In this document: in pieces, positions 1 to 9,284 of the stretch
How positions within the stretch are numbered: the stretch's first letter is position 1
Layout: each line of letters begins with the position of its first letter
Notes under the pieces: generated by a model
What the model was told of the DNA's origin: nothing
The model's database searches: none
The model's input: the letters and a program-made list of their open reading frames with translations, nothing else
Assembly: GCF_000007145.1 (NCBI RefSeq)
Contig: NC_003902.1
Coordinates: forward strand, 2,456,497-2,488,496
Direction of reading: 5' to 3'
Source of the DNA: Xanthomonas campestris pv. campestris str. ATCC 33913
GTDB taxonomy: Bacteria; Pseudomonadota; Gammaproteobacteria; Xanthomonadales; Xanthomonadaceae
Length of the DNA: 32,000 nt
Translations under genes and position numbers: made by a program

Positions 1-1709
1 ATGGCGGCCAGCACCGCGGCAATGGCGGCAATGGCAATGGCAACGGCGCCAACAAGGAGCGCCGCGACGAGCGTCGCCAGCCGACCGCGCCGCAAACTGG
101 CAACCAGCCGCAGCAGCAGCAAGTGCAAGTGGCCAAGCCAGCGCGCAACGAGCCGCAGGCACCCAAGCAGCCGCAGCAGGGTCAGCAGCCGAAGCAGACG
201 AAGCAGCAGCAAAACCAGCAGCCGCGTCCTCCGCGCCAGCAGGATGGTGCGCCGGCTGAAAAGCAACAGCGTCCCGCACGTCAGGACGATGCAGCAGTGG
301 CACAGGCCGTGACCGCGACTGCAGCGACCGCCACCACCGCAAGCGTGGCAGCGGCCATTGCCGATACCGCCACGCCGGTGTCCAGGACGGTGCAAGCGCA
401 CGAGACCGACGCCGCACATCCGGTCGACGTGACGGTGACGCCTGCCGCCTCCGAGGCACCTGCCGATGCCGCCGCCGAGGGCCATGCCCAGGACGCACCG
501 GCAGGCGATGACGGCGCCAATGGCGAGGGCGGAAGCCGTCGCCGTCGCGGCCGTCGCGGTGGTCGCCGCCGTCGTCGTGGTGCAGGCGCCACGGGTGAAG
601 GTGGGACCGGAGCGGATGGTCTTGAGTCCGATGATCTGGACGGTGATCTGGATAGCGACAACGACGATGCCGGTACGCCAGCACCGACGTCGTCCGCACC
701 ACGCGCCGGGCAGCCCGAGTTCGACTTCGATGACGATGCCGGCACCCCGCCCGCTCGGGTCCAGGCAAAGGTCGAGCGCAGCCCGGAGCAGCAGACGCCG
801 GTGACGCCACGTCCGGTGCCGAAGGAGCGAGCCGAAACCCAGCCGCCGGCTGATACGGCAGCGGCAGCGGCACCGTCGGTCAACAGCGCACCGACTACCC
901 CGCAGCAGTCGGTGATCACCGCGCAGTCGGCACCGGTTGCTTCGCCCGAAGCCGCCGTGTCGTCGCAGGCGGGATCCTCGCAGGCAGCATCGCAGGAACC
1001 CGCTGCAGCACCGCATGCCGCTTCGGCATCGATCGAGGCTGCGCCGGCACAGGAGCAGCAACGCGCTCCCGTGCAGGACGCCCCGCGTGTTGCTCCGGAG
1101 GCAGCGGCTCCAGCTCCGGCAGCGGTGCAAAGCGTTCGTCCTGAAGTGACTGCCCCGGCCTCCCCGGTGCAGCCTGCAGCACCGACGCAGCCTGCCGCGA
1201 CAGCGTCGGTTGAGCCGTCGCCTGCAGCGCAGGTCACGCCGGCGCCCGTTGCGCCGGCCGAAGCTGCCGTGGTCACGGTCACCGCACCGCATGCCGAACC
1301 GTCCAGCACGGCCGGCAAGGACGTGGATGTCGCAGTGACCTCGACCGCCGCGGTTGCGCAGCCGGCCACCGACACCGCGCCAGCGGCGCCGGTGCGCAAG
1401 CCCTACGCGCCGGTGCAGACCACCCTGCTCGATGCATTGGCTCCGCAAACGCCGCAAGCGGCAGCTCCGCAGGCTCAGGCCGAGACTGCTCCGGCAGCCA
1501 AGGTATCTGAGCACTCCACGCCGGCCGCTGCTGTGGCACCTGTGGCTGCGCAGCAACCCGCAGAGGCACGGCAGCCGACGGTAGTCGTGTCGGAGGCGTC
1601 CACGCCGGCGGCGCCGTCTGTTGACGCTGCTGATGCAGCAGACGACAAGGACGACACCGAGGCTGCAGCGTCGAAAGACGATGCCGACAAGCCGCGTAGC
1701 GATCACTGA
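1..1709 (+). CDS. rne: RNase E, non-catalytic C-terminal region (5-prime partial, enters from the left edge)
   Basis: Frame 3 is open from nt 3 to the TGA at 1707-1709; the GTG at 123 is only the ORF-caller start. The translation is extreme Q/P/A/R-rich low complexity with an arginine block RRRRGRRGGRRRRRG and acidic patches, as in proteobacterial RNase E scaffold tails. A strong terminator follows. No catalytic motif is in the window, so identity rests on composition. Confidence 0.6.
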   Translation, partial: GGQHRGNGGNGNGNGANKERRDERRQPTAPQTGNQPQQQQVQVAKPARNEPQAPKQPQQGQQPKQTKQQQNQQPRPPRQQDGAPAEKQQRPARQDDAAVAQAVTATAATATTASVAAAIADTATPVSRTVQAHETDAAHPVDVTVTPAASEAPADAAAEGHAQDAPAGDDGANGEGGSRRRRGRRGGRRRRRGAGATGEGGTGADGLESDDLDGDLDSDNDDAGTPAPTSSAPRAGQPEFDFDDDAGTPPARVQAKVERSPEQQTPVTPRPVPKERAETQPPADTAAAAAPSVNSAPTTPQQSVITAQSAPVASPEAAVSSQAGSSQAASQEPAAAPHAASASIEAAPAQEQQRAPVQDAPRVAPEAAAPAPAAVQSVRPEVTAPASPVQPAAPTQPAATASVEPSPAAQVTPAPVAPAEAAVVTVTAPHAEPSSTAGKDVDVAVTSTAAVAQPATDTAPAAPVRKPYAPVQTTLLDALAPQTPQAAAPQAQAETAPAAKVSEHSTPAAAVAPVAAQQPAEARQPTVVVSEASTPAAPSVDAADAADDKDDTEAAASKDDADKPRSDH

Positions 1710-1757
1710 TCGTTACGCGTGACTGACGCTGTCCTGGGCAACCCGGATGGTGGCGAC

Positions 1758-1788
1758 AAAAAAAGCGGCCTTCGGGCCGCTTTTTTTG
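1758..1788. terminator. Bidirectional rho-independent terminator
   Basis: AAAAAAA-GCGGCC-TTCG-GGCCGC-TTTTTTT: a GC stem at 1765-1770/1775-1780 flanked by an A-run and a T-run, 50 nt after the rne stop. Confidence 0.85.
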
Positions 1789-1790
1789 TG

Positions 1791-2000
1791 TCATCGACTG
1801 ACAGTCGCAAACTGCATGGAGTTTGCAGCTGCCTGGCACGCGAATTCAAACTTCGACAGGTATTGCCCATTACCGCTTCGATCAGACCGCGCTTTGAGCG
1901 TGTCGAGAAACCACGTCGCCGTTGCCACATCGAACAAACAGAAGTTCAGCGCCTTGATCAGATCGGCGAGTACCTGCACCGTCACCGCATCGGTGAGCAT
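1791..2000 (-). CDS. Hypothetical small protein (69 aa), doubtful
   Basis: It is the only ORF in a 0.5-kb stretch with visibly lower GC, and it ends just before the bidirectional terminator. No recognisable motif. Confidence 0.2.
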   Translation of the reverse strand: MLTDAVTVQVLADLIKALNFCLFDVATATWFLDTLKARSDRSGNGQYLSKFEFACQAAANSMQFATVSR

Positions 2001-2276
2001 TCGATCAATAGATCTGCGGCTTTACGCGTCTGCCGCTCCAAAGCCCTGTCGCTCCACAGAACGACAGCGCTCCAGGACGCTAAGCGCAGAGCACAACCAG
2101 CGCTCTACCGGTCGCACCAGCACAAGAATGCGCCGGTTCATCTATTCAATGACGATCTATAGATCCGCATGTTCCAACGCAACGCGACCACCTAAGTGAA
2201 GCGCCACGAATTGCCTCTTCGATTGATCAGCCATACTCCGCCGACGACACCACATCGCCTCAGCGGCGGCATGCGT

Positions 2277-2924
2277 TCACAGCGTACGTGCGGGATCGGT
2301 CAGGCCGTATTGATTGGCCAGGCGCGCCAGGGCGATGTTGTCCTGGATGCCGACCTTTTCGAACAGGCGCGCCTTGTGGGTGTTGATGGTCTTGGCGCTG
2401 AGATTCAGGCGCTTGGCGATGTCTTCCTGGCGCAGGCCCTGCGTCAGCAGCAGCGCCACCTCAAGCTCACGTGGCGACAGCGCATCGAAGGGCGAACCGC
2501 CACCTTCCAAGTTGGAGAGCGCAAGGTTCTGCGCGATGGTGTTGCCGAGATAACGACGGCCCAGCGCAACTTCACGCACGGCGCGCAGCAACTCGTGCGC
2601 GTCGCCGCCCTTGCCGACATAGCCGGACGCGCCGGCTTCGAGCAACCGCTTGGGCAGCGGGCCATCTTCCAGCACCGACACGATGATGACCCGCGTGCCG
2701 TAGTCGCCTTTGACGATGCGCTCAGTGATCTCCAGCCCGCTGACTCCCGGCAGATGCAGATCGCATAACACGATGCCCGGCTTGAGCTGGCGAATCTGCG
2801 GCAGCGCCGCTTCCCCACTCTCTGCTTCGCCCACCACTTCGATGTCCACTTCCTTGGACAGGATCATCTTCATGCCGGTACGCACGAGTGCATGATCGTC
2901 GATCAGAAAAACTCTGATTGTCAT
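2277..2924 (-). CDS. gacA: Two-component response regulator, NarL/FixJ family, GacA/UvrY-like
   Basis: REC domain (LIDDHALVRTG, phospho-acceptor context VLCDLHLPG) plus a LuxR-type HTH (LSPRELEVALLLTQGLRQEDIAKRLNLSAKTINTHKARLFEKVG). Collinear similarity to E. coli UvrY through the linker (GASGYVGKG, RYLGNTIAQNLAL, SPFDALS). Confidence 0.8.
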   Translation of the reverse strand: MTIRVFLIDDHALVRTGMKMILSKEVDIEVVGEAESGEAALPQIRQLKPGIVLCDLHLPGVSGLEITERIVKGDYGTRVIIVSVLEDGPLPKRLLEAGASGYVGKGGDAHELLRAVREVALGRRYLGNTIAQNLALSNLEGGGSPFDALSPRELEVALLLTQGLRQEDIAKRLNLSAKTINTHKARLFEKVGIQDNIALARLANQYGLTDPARTL

Positions 2925-3139
2925 CCGTGTAGTCCTCGCTGTGCGGCTGGCTGGTGCAGCCTAGCTCCGTGAATAATTCAGGGCAAGCTCGATGCGACGT
3001 ATTACGTGGAAGTTAGACGCGTGTACTGCGCCAGATCCCGGCGGACCCGCGCTCAACGCGTGCTGCGCCGCGCTCCACGTGACCAGCATCGTGCCGTGAC
3101 GCTCGCGTTGCAGACATCGGGCAATACAGTCGTGCCCGG

Positions 3140-3901
3140 TCAGATTTTCCCTGCGTCTGCGCACGCTGCGCCATCGACTAACGGACGGAGTTCAGCATCA
3201 AGGGCCACGCGCTCATCGAACACGAAACACCGCCCGTCATAGCCCTCACCACCGACGTCCTCGAAGTACCCCAGGATGCCGCCTTCCAGCTGCAGCACGT
3301 TGTCCATGCCCTCGGCATGCATCCACAGCGCAGCCTTTTCGCAACGGATGCCGCCGGTGCAGAAGCTCACCACCGTGGCATCGGCGAGCGCTGCACGGTG
3401 CGGCTGCAATGCCTCGGGCAGTTCGGTGAACTTGTCGATCGGCAACGTGAGTGCGCCCTGGAACGTGCCATAGGCCACTTCCTGGGCGTTACGGGTATCC
3501 AGCAGCACCAGCGGGCGGCCGTGATCATCGTGCCCCTGCTGCATCCATTTCCGTAGCACTGCAGGCGCGACCGACGGCGCGCGGCCTTGCAGCGGCGAGG
3601 CATCATCGCGGCGGAAGCTGATGATTTCCGGTTTGACCTTGACCTTGAGCCGCGCGAACGGTTGCTCAGCGCTATGGCTGTATTTCACGCGCATCTGTGC
3701 AAAGCGCGCATCTGCATGCAGCCAGGCATAGAAGCTTGCGATCTGCTCGGCATCGCCGGCCAGAAACAGGTTGATGCCTTCTTCGGCCACCAGCACCGAA
3801 CCCTTCAGCGCACGCTGCTGGGCGCGCTCCAGCACGCTGTCCGCCAGCTGTTGCGGGTCGTGGATCGGGGCGAACTGATAGGCAGCGGTATTGGTGATCA
3901 T
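3140..3901 (-). CDS. trhO: Rhodanese-domain protein of the UPF0176/YceA (TrhO, tRNA uridine-34 hydroxylase) family
   Basis: N-terminal YceA-type region (AAYQFAPI, EGINLFLAG) followed by a rhodanese domain with active-site loop FCTGGIRCEKA. Confidence 0.75.
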   Translation of the reverse strand: MITNTAAYQFAPIHDPQQLADSVLERAQQRALKGSVLVAEEGINLFLAGDAEQIASFYAWLHADARFAQMRVKYSHSAEQPFARLKVKVKPEIISFRRDDASPLQGRAPSVAPAVLRKWMQQGHDDHGRPLVLLDTRNAQEVAYGTFQGALTLPIDKFTELPEALQPHRAALADATVVSFCTGGIRCEKAALWMHAEGMDNVLQLEGGILGYFEDVGGEGYDGRCFVFDERVALDAELRPLVDGAACADAGKI

Positions 3902-3934
3902 GGCGCTATTTTAAGCCCGATCCGCTGCGGCGGG

Positions 3935-4300
3935 TTATCCGCGCAACAGCAGGAACGGCAGCAACACCAGCGAGGCGATCACCAACATGCCGACCAGGGT
4001 GGCCAGCACGAACAATGGCCGCCGACGCAACAACGCGCCGAAGGTTTCCGCGGTCCCCGACGCCAGCGCCTGCTGCCGCTGCGTACGCGCATCGGCACCG
4101 CGCCGGGCCTGGTACGCATCCATCAGTGCCTTGGCACGTGGATAGTCCGCATCCTCGCTAAGCCAGATGCCGCCGGCGGAAATGCCCCAATTGCTGGGGC
4201 GCGTTTCGTAGGTCTGCACCAGGTTGTCGCGCATCAGTGCCCGCACGTCGTCGGCTTCGTCGTCGGGGACATTGCGTAGGTTGAGCAGCAGTTTCGCCAT
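3935..4300 (-). CDS. Small membrane-anchored protein (DUF6164-like), 121 aa
   Basis: Start re-assigned to the ATG at 4300 ([18 protein letters not shown]...). The upstream 72 codons of the 3935..4516 ORF are Gly/Arg-rich GC-frame noise and run into the fkbp gene. C-terminal hydrophobic helix [24 protein letters not shown]. Confidence 0.55.
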   Translation of the reverse strand: MAKLLLNLRNVPDDEADDVRALMRDNLVQTYETRPSNWGISAGGIWLSEDADYPRAKALMDAYQARRGADARTQRQQALASGTAETFGALLRRRPLFVLATLVGMLVIASLVLLPFLLLRG

Positions 4301-4360
4301 GACGCGATGATAGCGGGAGCCAGGTGCGATAATGCGCGCCTCACTCCTGTGGATCACGCC

Positions 4361-4792
4361 ATGCGCCTCTTTTTGACGCTTTGCGCCGCCCTGTTGCTGG
4401 CGAGCTGCGCCCCTGCCCTGCCCCCGTCCGGTGGCACCATCGCCGCGTTCGAGCGGATCGATCGCACCGTCGGCACTGGCGCCGAAGCCACGCCCAATGC
4501 GCTTGTCACCGTGCACTACACCGGCTGGCTATACGACGAGAAGGCGGCCGACAAACACGGCAAGAAGTTCGACAGCTCGCTGGATCGCGCCGAGCCGTTC
4601 CAGTTCGTGCTCGGTGGCCGCCAGGTCATACGCGGCTGGGATGAGGGTGTGGCCGGCATGCGCGTCGGCGGCAAGCGGACCTTGATGATCCCGCCGGAGT
4701 TCGGTTACGGCGACAAAGGTGCCGGTGGGGTCATTCCGCCGGGCGCCTCGCTGGTGTTCGACGTCGAACTGCTTGGCGTGCAGCCGCGCTGA
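4361..4792 (+). CDS. FKBP-type peptidyl-prolyl cis-trans isomerase, lipoprotein
   Basis: Start moved to the ATG at 4361, giving signal peptide [16 protein letters not shown] with a lipobox. FKBP core VTVHYTGWL...FDSS...[28 protein letters not shown]...[14 protein letters not shown]. Confidence 0.9.
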   Translation: MRLFLTLCAALLLASCAPALPPSGGTIAAFERIDRTVGTGAEATPNALVTVHYTGWLYDEKAADKHGKKFDSSLDRAEPFQFVLGGRQVIRGWDEGVAGMRVGGKRTLMIPPEFGYGDKGAGGVIPPGASLVFDVELLGVQPR

Positions 4793-4803
4793 GCACGCAC
4801 CTC

Positions 4804-6057
4804 ATGACCTATGGAAACACACCGCGGCTCGCGGTGATTGGTGGCGGCCCGGCCGGCCTGATGGCGGCCGAGGTCGCGCGCGCCGCCGGGCTTGCAGTGG
4901 ATCTTTATGAAGCGAAGGGGTCGGTCGGGCGCAAGTTCCTGATCGCCGGCAAGGGCGGCTTGAACCTGACCCACTCCGATCCGCCGCCTGTCTTCGCACA
5001 GCGCTATCGCGAACGCAGCACCGAGGTTGGGCACTGGCTGCAGGCGTTCGACGCCGAGGCACTGCGCGCGTGGGCGCGCGACCTGGACGTGGAAACCTAC
5101 GTTGGAAGTTCTGGCCGCGTATTTCCGATGGACCGCAAGGCCGCTCCACTGCTGCGCGGCTGGGTGCGACGGCTGAAGGAACAAGGCGTGAGCTTCCATG
5201 TGCAGCATCGTTGGCTCGGCTGGGATGACGGTGGTGCGCTGCGCTTCGCCACACCAACCGGCGAGCAGGCATTCGCGGCCGATGCGGTGATCCTGGCGCT
5301 GGGTGGTGGCAGCTGGCCGCAGCTGGGATCGGATGGGCAATGGGCACCCCTCCTGGAGCAGCGCGACATCGCGGTGGCGCCACTGCAGCCGGCCAATTGC
5401 GGCTTCGATATCGCATGGACGCCACATTTCGTGCAGCGCCACGCCGGTGCGCCACTGAAGGCGGTGGTTGCGCAGTGGCAAGGGCGCGATGGTGCGACAC
5501 AGGTGCTGCAGGGCGAATGCGTGATCACCGCAACGGGGATCGAAGGCAGCCTGATCTATGCGCTGTCGGCGGACCTGCGCACGCAGATCCAGACACACGG
5601 CACGGCGACGATCTGGCTCGACCTGGTACCCGGCCGCACGCTGGAGCGGCTGCAGGCGGATCTGCAAAAGCCGCGCAACGGGCGCAGTTTCAGCGATCAC
5701 CTGCGCCGCCAGACCGGCATCGATGGCGTCAAGACCGCGCTGCTGTTCGAACACTTGGGCAAGCAGGCCGGCGATGACCTCACGCGCGTTGCGCAGACAC
5801 TCAAACAGCTACCGCTGCGTTTGCTGCGGCCACGGCCGTTGGCGGAAGCCATCAGCACGGCCGGCGGCGTACGTCTGGAGGCACTGGATGCGCAGCTGAT
5901 GGCGCGTGCGCAACCGGGGGTGTTCTGCGCCGGCGAAATGCTCGACTGGGAAGCCCCGACCGGCGGTTATCTGCTGACGGCGTGCTTTGCCAGCGGTCTG
6001 CGCGCGGCGCAGGGCGCGGTGCAGTGGCTGCAACGCGGCGCTACAGCCGAGCGTTGA
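4804..6057 (+). CDS. NAD(P)/FAD-dependent oxidoreductase, BaiN/HI0933-like flavoprotein
   Basis: N-terminal dinucleotide fold LAVIGGGPAGLMAA, GRKFLIAGKGGLNLTH, and a C-terminal GGV...FCAGEMLDWEAPTGGYLL motif typical of HI0933-type flavoproteins. Confidence 0.8.
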   Translation: MTYGNTPRLAVIGGGPAGLMAAEVARAAGLAVDLYEAKGSVGRKFLIAGKGGLNLTHSDPPPVFAQRYRERSTEVGHWLQAFDAEALRAWARDLDVETYVGSSGRVFPMDRKAAPLLRGWVRRLKEQGVSFHVQHRWLGWDDGGALRFATPTGEQAFAADAVILALGGGSWPQLGSDGQWAPLLEQRDIAVAPLQPANCGFDIAWTPHFVQRHAGAPLKAVVAQWQGRDGATQVLQGECVITATGIEGSLIYALSADLRTQIQTHGTATIWLDLVPGRTLERLQADLQKPRNGRSFSDHLRRQTGIDGVKTALLFEHLGKQAGDDLTRVAQTLKQLPLRLLRPRPLAEAISTAGGVRLEALDAQLMARAQPGVFCAGEMLDWEAPTGGYLLTACFASGLRAAQGAVQWLQRGATAER

Positions 6058-7333
6058 CCGACGCGCGCGGCCACACCGATTTGACGTCATAGAACACCGC
6101 GCCCGGCTTGCCGAGTGCGGCGATGCGCTGCGCATCGTAGTCGCGGTACTGCGCGTGCGCCACCGCCAAAACCACGGCATCGTAGGCGCCCTCTTCCGGC
6201 ATCTCGCACAGCTGCACGCCGCCGTGGCGCAGCGCGTCTTCGGGATCGGCCCACGGGTCGCAGGTATCGACCTGCGCGCCGGCGGCCTGCAGCAGCTGTA
6301 CCAGTTCCAGGGCACGGCTGTTGCGCAGATCCGGGCAGTTCTCCTTGAAGGTGGCGCCGAGCACCAGCACCCGCGCCTGCGGTGGTGCAATCCCTTGCGC
6401 CGCGAGCAAGCTGCAGACGCGCTCGGCCACGTGACGGCCAACGCGATTGTTTACCTGCCGCGCGGTGTGGATCAGATCCGGGTGGTAACCCACGCTCTCG
6501 GATTTGTGCAGCAGGTAATACGGGTCCACACCGATGCAATGCCCGCCGACCAGACCGGGCCGGAATGGGAGGAAATTCCACTTGGTGCCGGCGGCTTCGA
6601 GCACATCGAGCGTGTCGATGCCGAGCTTGTCGAAAATCAGCGCCAGCTCGTTGACCAGCGCAATATTGACGTCGCGCTGAATGTTCTCCACCACCTTGGC
6701 CGCTTCGGCTACGCGGATCGATCCAGCGCGCCACGTGCCGGCCGTGATGATGCTGGCGTAGAGCGCATCCACCGCGTCGGCGGCGGCGGGGGTGGAGCCC
6801 GAGGTGATCTTGCGAATGTCGCGCAGCCGCCGCTGCCGGTCACCCGGGTTGACGCGCTCGGGGCTGTAGCCACAGAAGAAATCGGCGTTGAACCGCAGCC
6901 CGGAGGCTTCTTCGAGCAGCGGCACGCAGACTTCTTCGGTGGTGCCGGGGTACACGGTCGATTCGTAGATCACCAGATCGCCTGGCTTGAGTGCGGCGGC
7001 AATCAATACGGTGGCACTGCGCAGCGGTTCCAGGTCTGGCTGTTCGAAACTGTCGATGGGCGTGGGCACGGTGACGATGAAGATCGTGCAGCCCGCAAGT
7101 TCTGCAGCGTCGGCGGTGTAGCGCAACTGCCCTGCAGCGGCGAGTTCTGCATCGTCCAGTTCCAGCGTGGCATCGTGGCCCTGCTGCAACTGCGCCACGC
7201 GCTGGGCATCGATATCGAAGCCCAGCGTGTCGCGCCGCTCACCGAACGCGACGGCCAGCGGCAGGCCGACGTAGCCAAGCCCGATGACGGCAATGTGCGC
7301 CTGAAGCGGGTCGAACGGCGGGGTGCGGGACAT
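6041..7333 (-). CDS. Nucleotide-sugar dehydrogenase (UDP-glucose/GDP-mannose dehydrogenase family; TviB/WbpO-like)
   Basis: Start re-assigned to the ATG at 7333 (MSRTPPFDPLQAHIAVIGLGYVGLPLAVAF, Rossmann fold). Catalytic-Cys context VGGHCIGVDPYY. The 3-prime end overlaps the convergent flavoprotein gene by 17 nt. Confidence 0.85.
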   Translation of the reverse strand: MSRTPPFDPLQAHIAVIGLGYVGLPLAVAFGERRDTLGFDIDAQRVAQLQQGHDATLELDDAELAAAGQLRYTADAAELAGCTIFIVTVPTPIDSFEQPDLEPLRSATVLIAAALKPGDLVIYESTVYPGTTEEVCVPLLEEASGLRFNADFFCGYSPERVNPGDRQRRLRDIRKITSGSTPAAADAVDALYASIITAGTWRAGSIRVAEAAKVVENIQRDVNIALVNELALIFDKLGIDTLDVLEAAGTKWNFLPFRPGLVGGHCIGVDPYYLLHKSESVGYHPDLIHTARQVNNRVGRHVAERVCSLLAAQGIAPPQARVLVLGATFKENCPDLRNSRALELVQLLQAAGAQVDTCDPWADPEDALRHGGVQLCEMPEEGAYDAVVLAVAHAQYRDYDAQRIAALGKPGAVFYDVKSVWPRASVNARL

Positions 7334-7472
7334 GCGGTTCCTTCGATCATGCGCGGCACGGCACCGCGCGCCAGTGCGGCGGCAGCATAGCGCAGCCGGC
7401 AACTGCCCGGTCAGCCGGTCTGCGCACGATGGAGATTCACAATCGCCCGGCAATCAGGCACGCTATCGGTCT

Positions 7473-7556
7473 GCCCGGGTGGCGAAATTGGTAGACGCAA
7501 GGGACTTAAAATCCCTCAGCCGCAAGGCTATGCGGGTTCGACCCCCGCCCCGGGCA
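7473..7556 (+). tRNA. tRNA-Leu (anticodon UAA), class II with long variable arm
   Basis: Hand-folded. Acceptor GCCCGGG/CCCGGGC; D arm GCGAAATTGGTAGACGC; anticodon arm AGGGA-CTTAAAA-TCCCT (anticodon TAA); variable arm CAGCCGCAAGGCTAT; T arm GCGGG-TTCGACC-CCCGC; discriminator A. CCA is not encoded. Confidence 0.9.
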
Positions 7557-7571
7557 CACTCCCCCACGCCA

Positions 7572-8984
7572 TCAGATTGCTTTGGAATAGCGCACGTCCT
7601 GCTGCGAAGGTTGCAGATAGCGGTCAAAGCACATGGCAGCCAGGCGGACCAGCGGCCACCCTGTTGCGGTGACATCAACGCACAGACCGCGTACCTCCAC
7701 CAGGTCATCGGCGGCAAGCAGCTCCAGCGCAGCCAACGCGTCATCGTAGCAATGGCGCGCATCGCACTGGTGGCGTTGCGCCACGGCAGCCAGATCCACA
7801 CGTCCGCGGCATAGTAAGGCCTGGATGACCTCCGCGCGCAGCAGGTCGTCTGCACTCAGTTGCATCCCGCGGCACACGGGCAACGCACCGCGATCGACCG
7901 CTGCATCCCACGCAGCCAGTTCGCGTGGATTCTGGCTGTAGCTGTCGCCAAAATGGCTGATGGCACTGACGCCCAAGCCGATCAGATCGGTATCGGCATG
8001 CGTGGTGTAGCCCATGAAATTGCGCTGCAGATCGCCGCGCCGTTGCGCGATCGCCAGGTCTTCGCTGGGAAGCGCGAAGTGATCCATGCCGATGTACTGG
8101 TAGCCCGCCGCCGACAACGTATGTACGGCGAGCCCGAGCAGCGCGAGCCTGTCCTGCGCGGAAGGCAACTCCTGCACATCGATCTGCCGCTGCGCCTTGA
8201 ACACGTGCGGCATGTGTGCATACCCATAGATCGCCAGCCGGTCTGGCCGCGCCGCCAATACGCGGTCCAGCGTGCGCGCGAAGCCCGCCTGCGTCTGCCG
8301 CGGCAAACCGTAGACCAGATCCACGTTCACCGAGGCGATACCTGCTTGCCGACATGCAGCGATGAGTTCCAATGTCTCCTGCTCGCCCTGACGGCGATTG
8401 ATCGCTGCCTGCACGTCCGGATCGAAGTCCTGGATGCCCAGGCTGACCCGGGTGAATCCGATTTGCGCCAGCGCGGCAACGTCGCCTGATTGAACAGCGC
8501 GAGGATCCAGTTCGATCGAGATGTCGCGACCGGGATCGGTGCTGAAACGGAAGATGCGTCGCAGGCCATCGAGCAAGTCGCCCAGCAGCGCAGGCGAGAG
8601 GAAATTGGGCGTCCCGCCACCTAGATGCAGCTGCACGATCGTTCGACTGCGCTCCAGATGCTCGGCGGCGCTGGTCGCCTCGCGGAGCAGCCGCGCGACA
8701 TAGGCCTGCCCCTTGGTCGCGTCGCGCGTAATGATCCGATTGCAGCCACAGTAGAAACAGGGACTGCTGCAAAACGGCACATGCACGTACAGCGACAAGG
8801 CGCGCCCAGGGCGCTGCTCCTGCGCGCGCAAGAACGCCGCCTGCAAATCCGTGGCACCAAACCCGGGCTGGAAGTGCGGCGCAGTGGGATAGGAGGTGTA
8901 GCGCGGGCCTGGGCGGTCGTAGCGTTGCAACAACGCTTGATCGAAGTTCCAACGGGCATGCGCGGCAGCGATATCGGGTTCCAT
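7572..8984 (-). CDS. hemN: Oxygen-independent coproporphyrinogen III oxidase (radical SAM)
   Basis: 470 aa. N-terminal RPGPRYTSYPTAPHF and the radical-SAM cluster motif HVPFCSSPCFYCGC. Collinear with HemN throughout (GGGTPNF, DFDP.VQ..INR). Confidence 0.9.
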   Translation of the reverse strand: MEPDIAAAHARWNFDQALLQRYDRPGPRYTSYPTAPHFQPGFGATDLQAAFLRAQEQRPGRALSLYVHVPFCSSPCFYCGCNRIITRDATKGQAYVARLLREATSAAEHLERSRTIVQLHLGGGTPNFLSPALLGDLLDGLRRIFRFSTDPGRDISIELDPRAVQSGDVAALAQIGFTRVSLGIQDFDPDVQAAINRRQGEQETLELIAACRQAGIASVNVDLVYGLPRQTQAGFARTLDRVLAARPDRLAIYGYAHMPHVFKAQRQIDVQELPSAQDRLALLGLAVHTLSAAGYQYIGMDHFALPSEDLAIAQRRGDLQRNFMGYTTHADTDLIGLGVSAISHFGDSYSQNPRELAAWDAAVDRGALPVCRGMQLSADDLLRAEVIQALLCRGRVDLAAVAQRHQCDARHCYDDALAALELLAADDLVEVRGLCVDVTATGWPLVRLAAMCFDRYLQPSQQDVRYSKAI

Positions 8985-9018
8985 GCGCGCAGCCTGCCGT
9001 ACCTACGACAGAGGCGCC

Positions 9019-9032
9019 TTGATCAGAATCAA
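9019..9032. promoter_or_regulatory. FNR/CRP-superfamily binding box, perfect TTGAT-N4-ATCAA palindrome
   Basis: TTGATCAGAATCAA at 9019-9032, 35-48 nt upstream of the hemN ATG (8984). It matches the FNR consensus half-sites exactly. Confidence 0.55.
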
Positions 9033-9243
9033 TCTATCGTGACGTGGCGCAGGGAGTGGCACGTCCGCTGAAATCACGTTTGCCCTGCAGCGCTGTCAGC
9101 GTGTGGTGCAGCCAGCTTGCATGGCAACTGGCGCATGGGTCATACCGTGCCAGTGCACAGCGCAGTGAACTTTGGATCCCGCAGTGTGCAATTGCATCGC
9201 CGCCGCTGCGCGACGCGTAGCTTATCCACGCCACGTGCAACCC

Positions 9244-9278
9244 AAATAAAAAAGCCATGGACCGTAAAGTCCATGGCT
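9244..9278 (-). terminator. Rho-independent terminator (minus strand), probably the native terminator of a former tRNA-Gly gene
   Basis: 10-bp perfect stem AGCCATGGAC / GTCCATGGCT (9253-9262 / 9269-9278) with loop CGTAAA. On the minus strand it is followed by TTTTTTATTT. Confidence 0.75.
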
Positions 9279-9284
9279 TGAATT

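Noticed and set aside
1-312. Frame-1 ORF starting with ATG at nt 1 (MAASTAAMAAMAM...).
   Set aside because: It overlaps the frame-3 reading frame, which stays open from the window edge to 1709 and carries the RNase E-like composition. The frame-1 product is repeat-driven noise.
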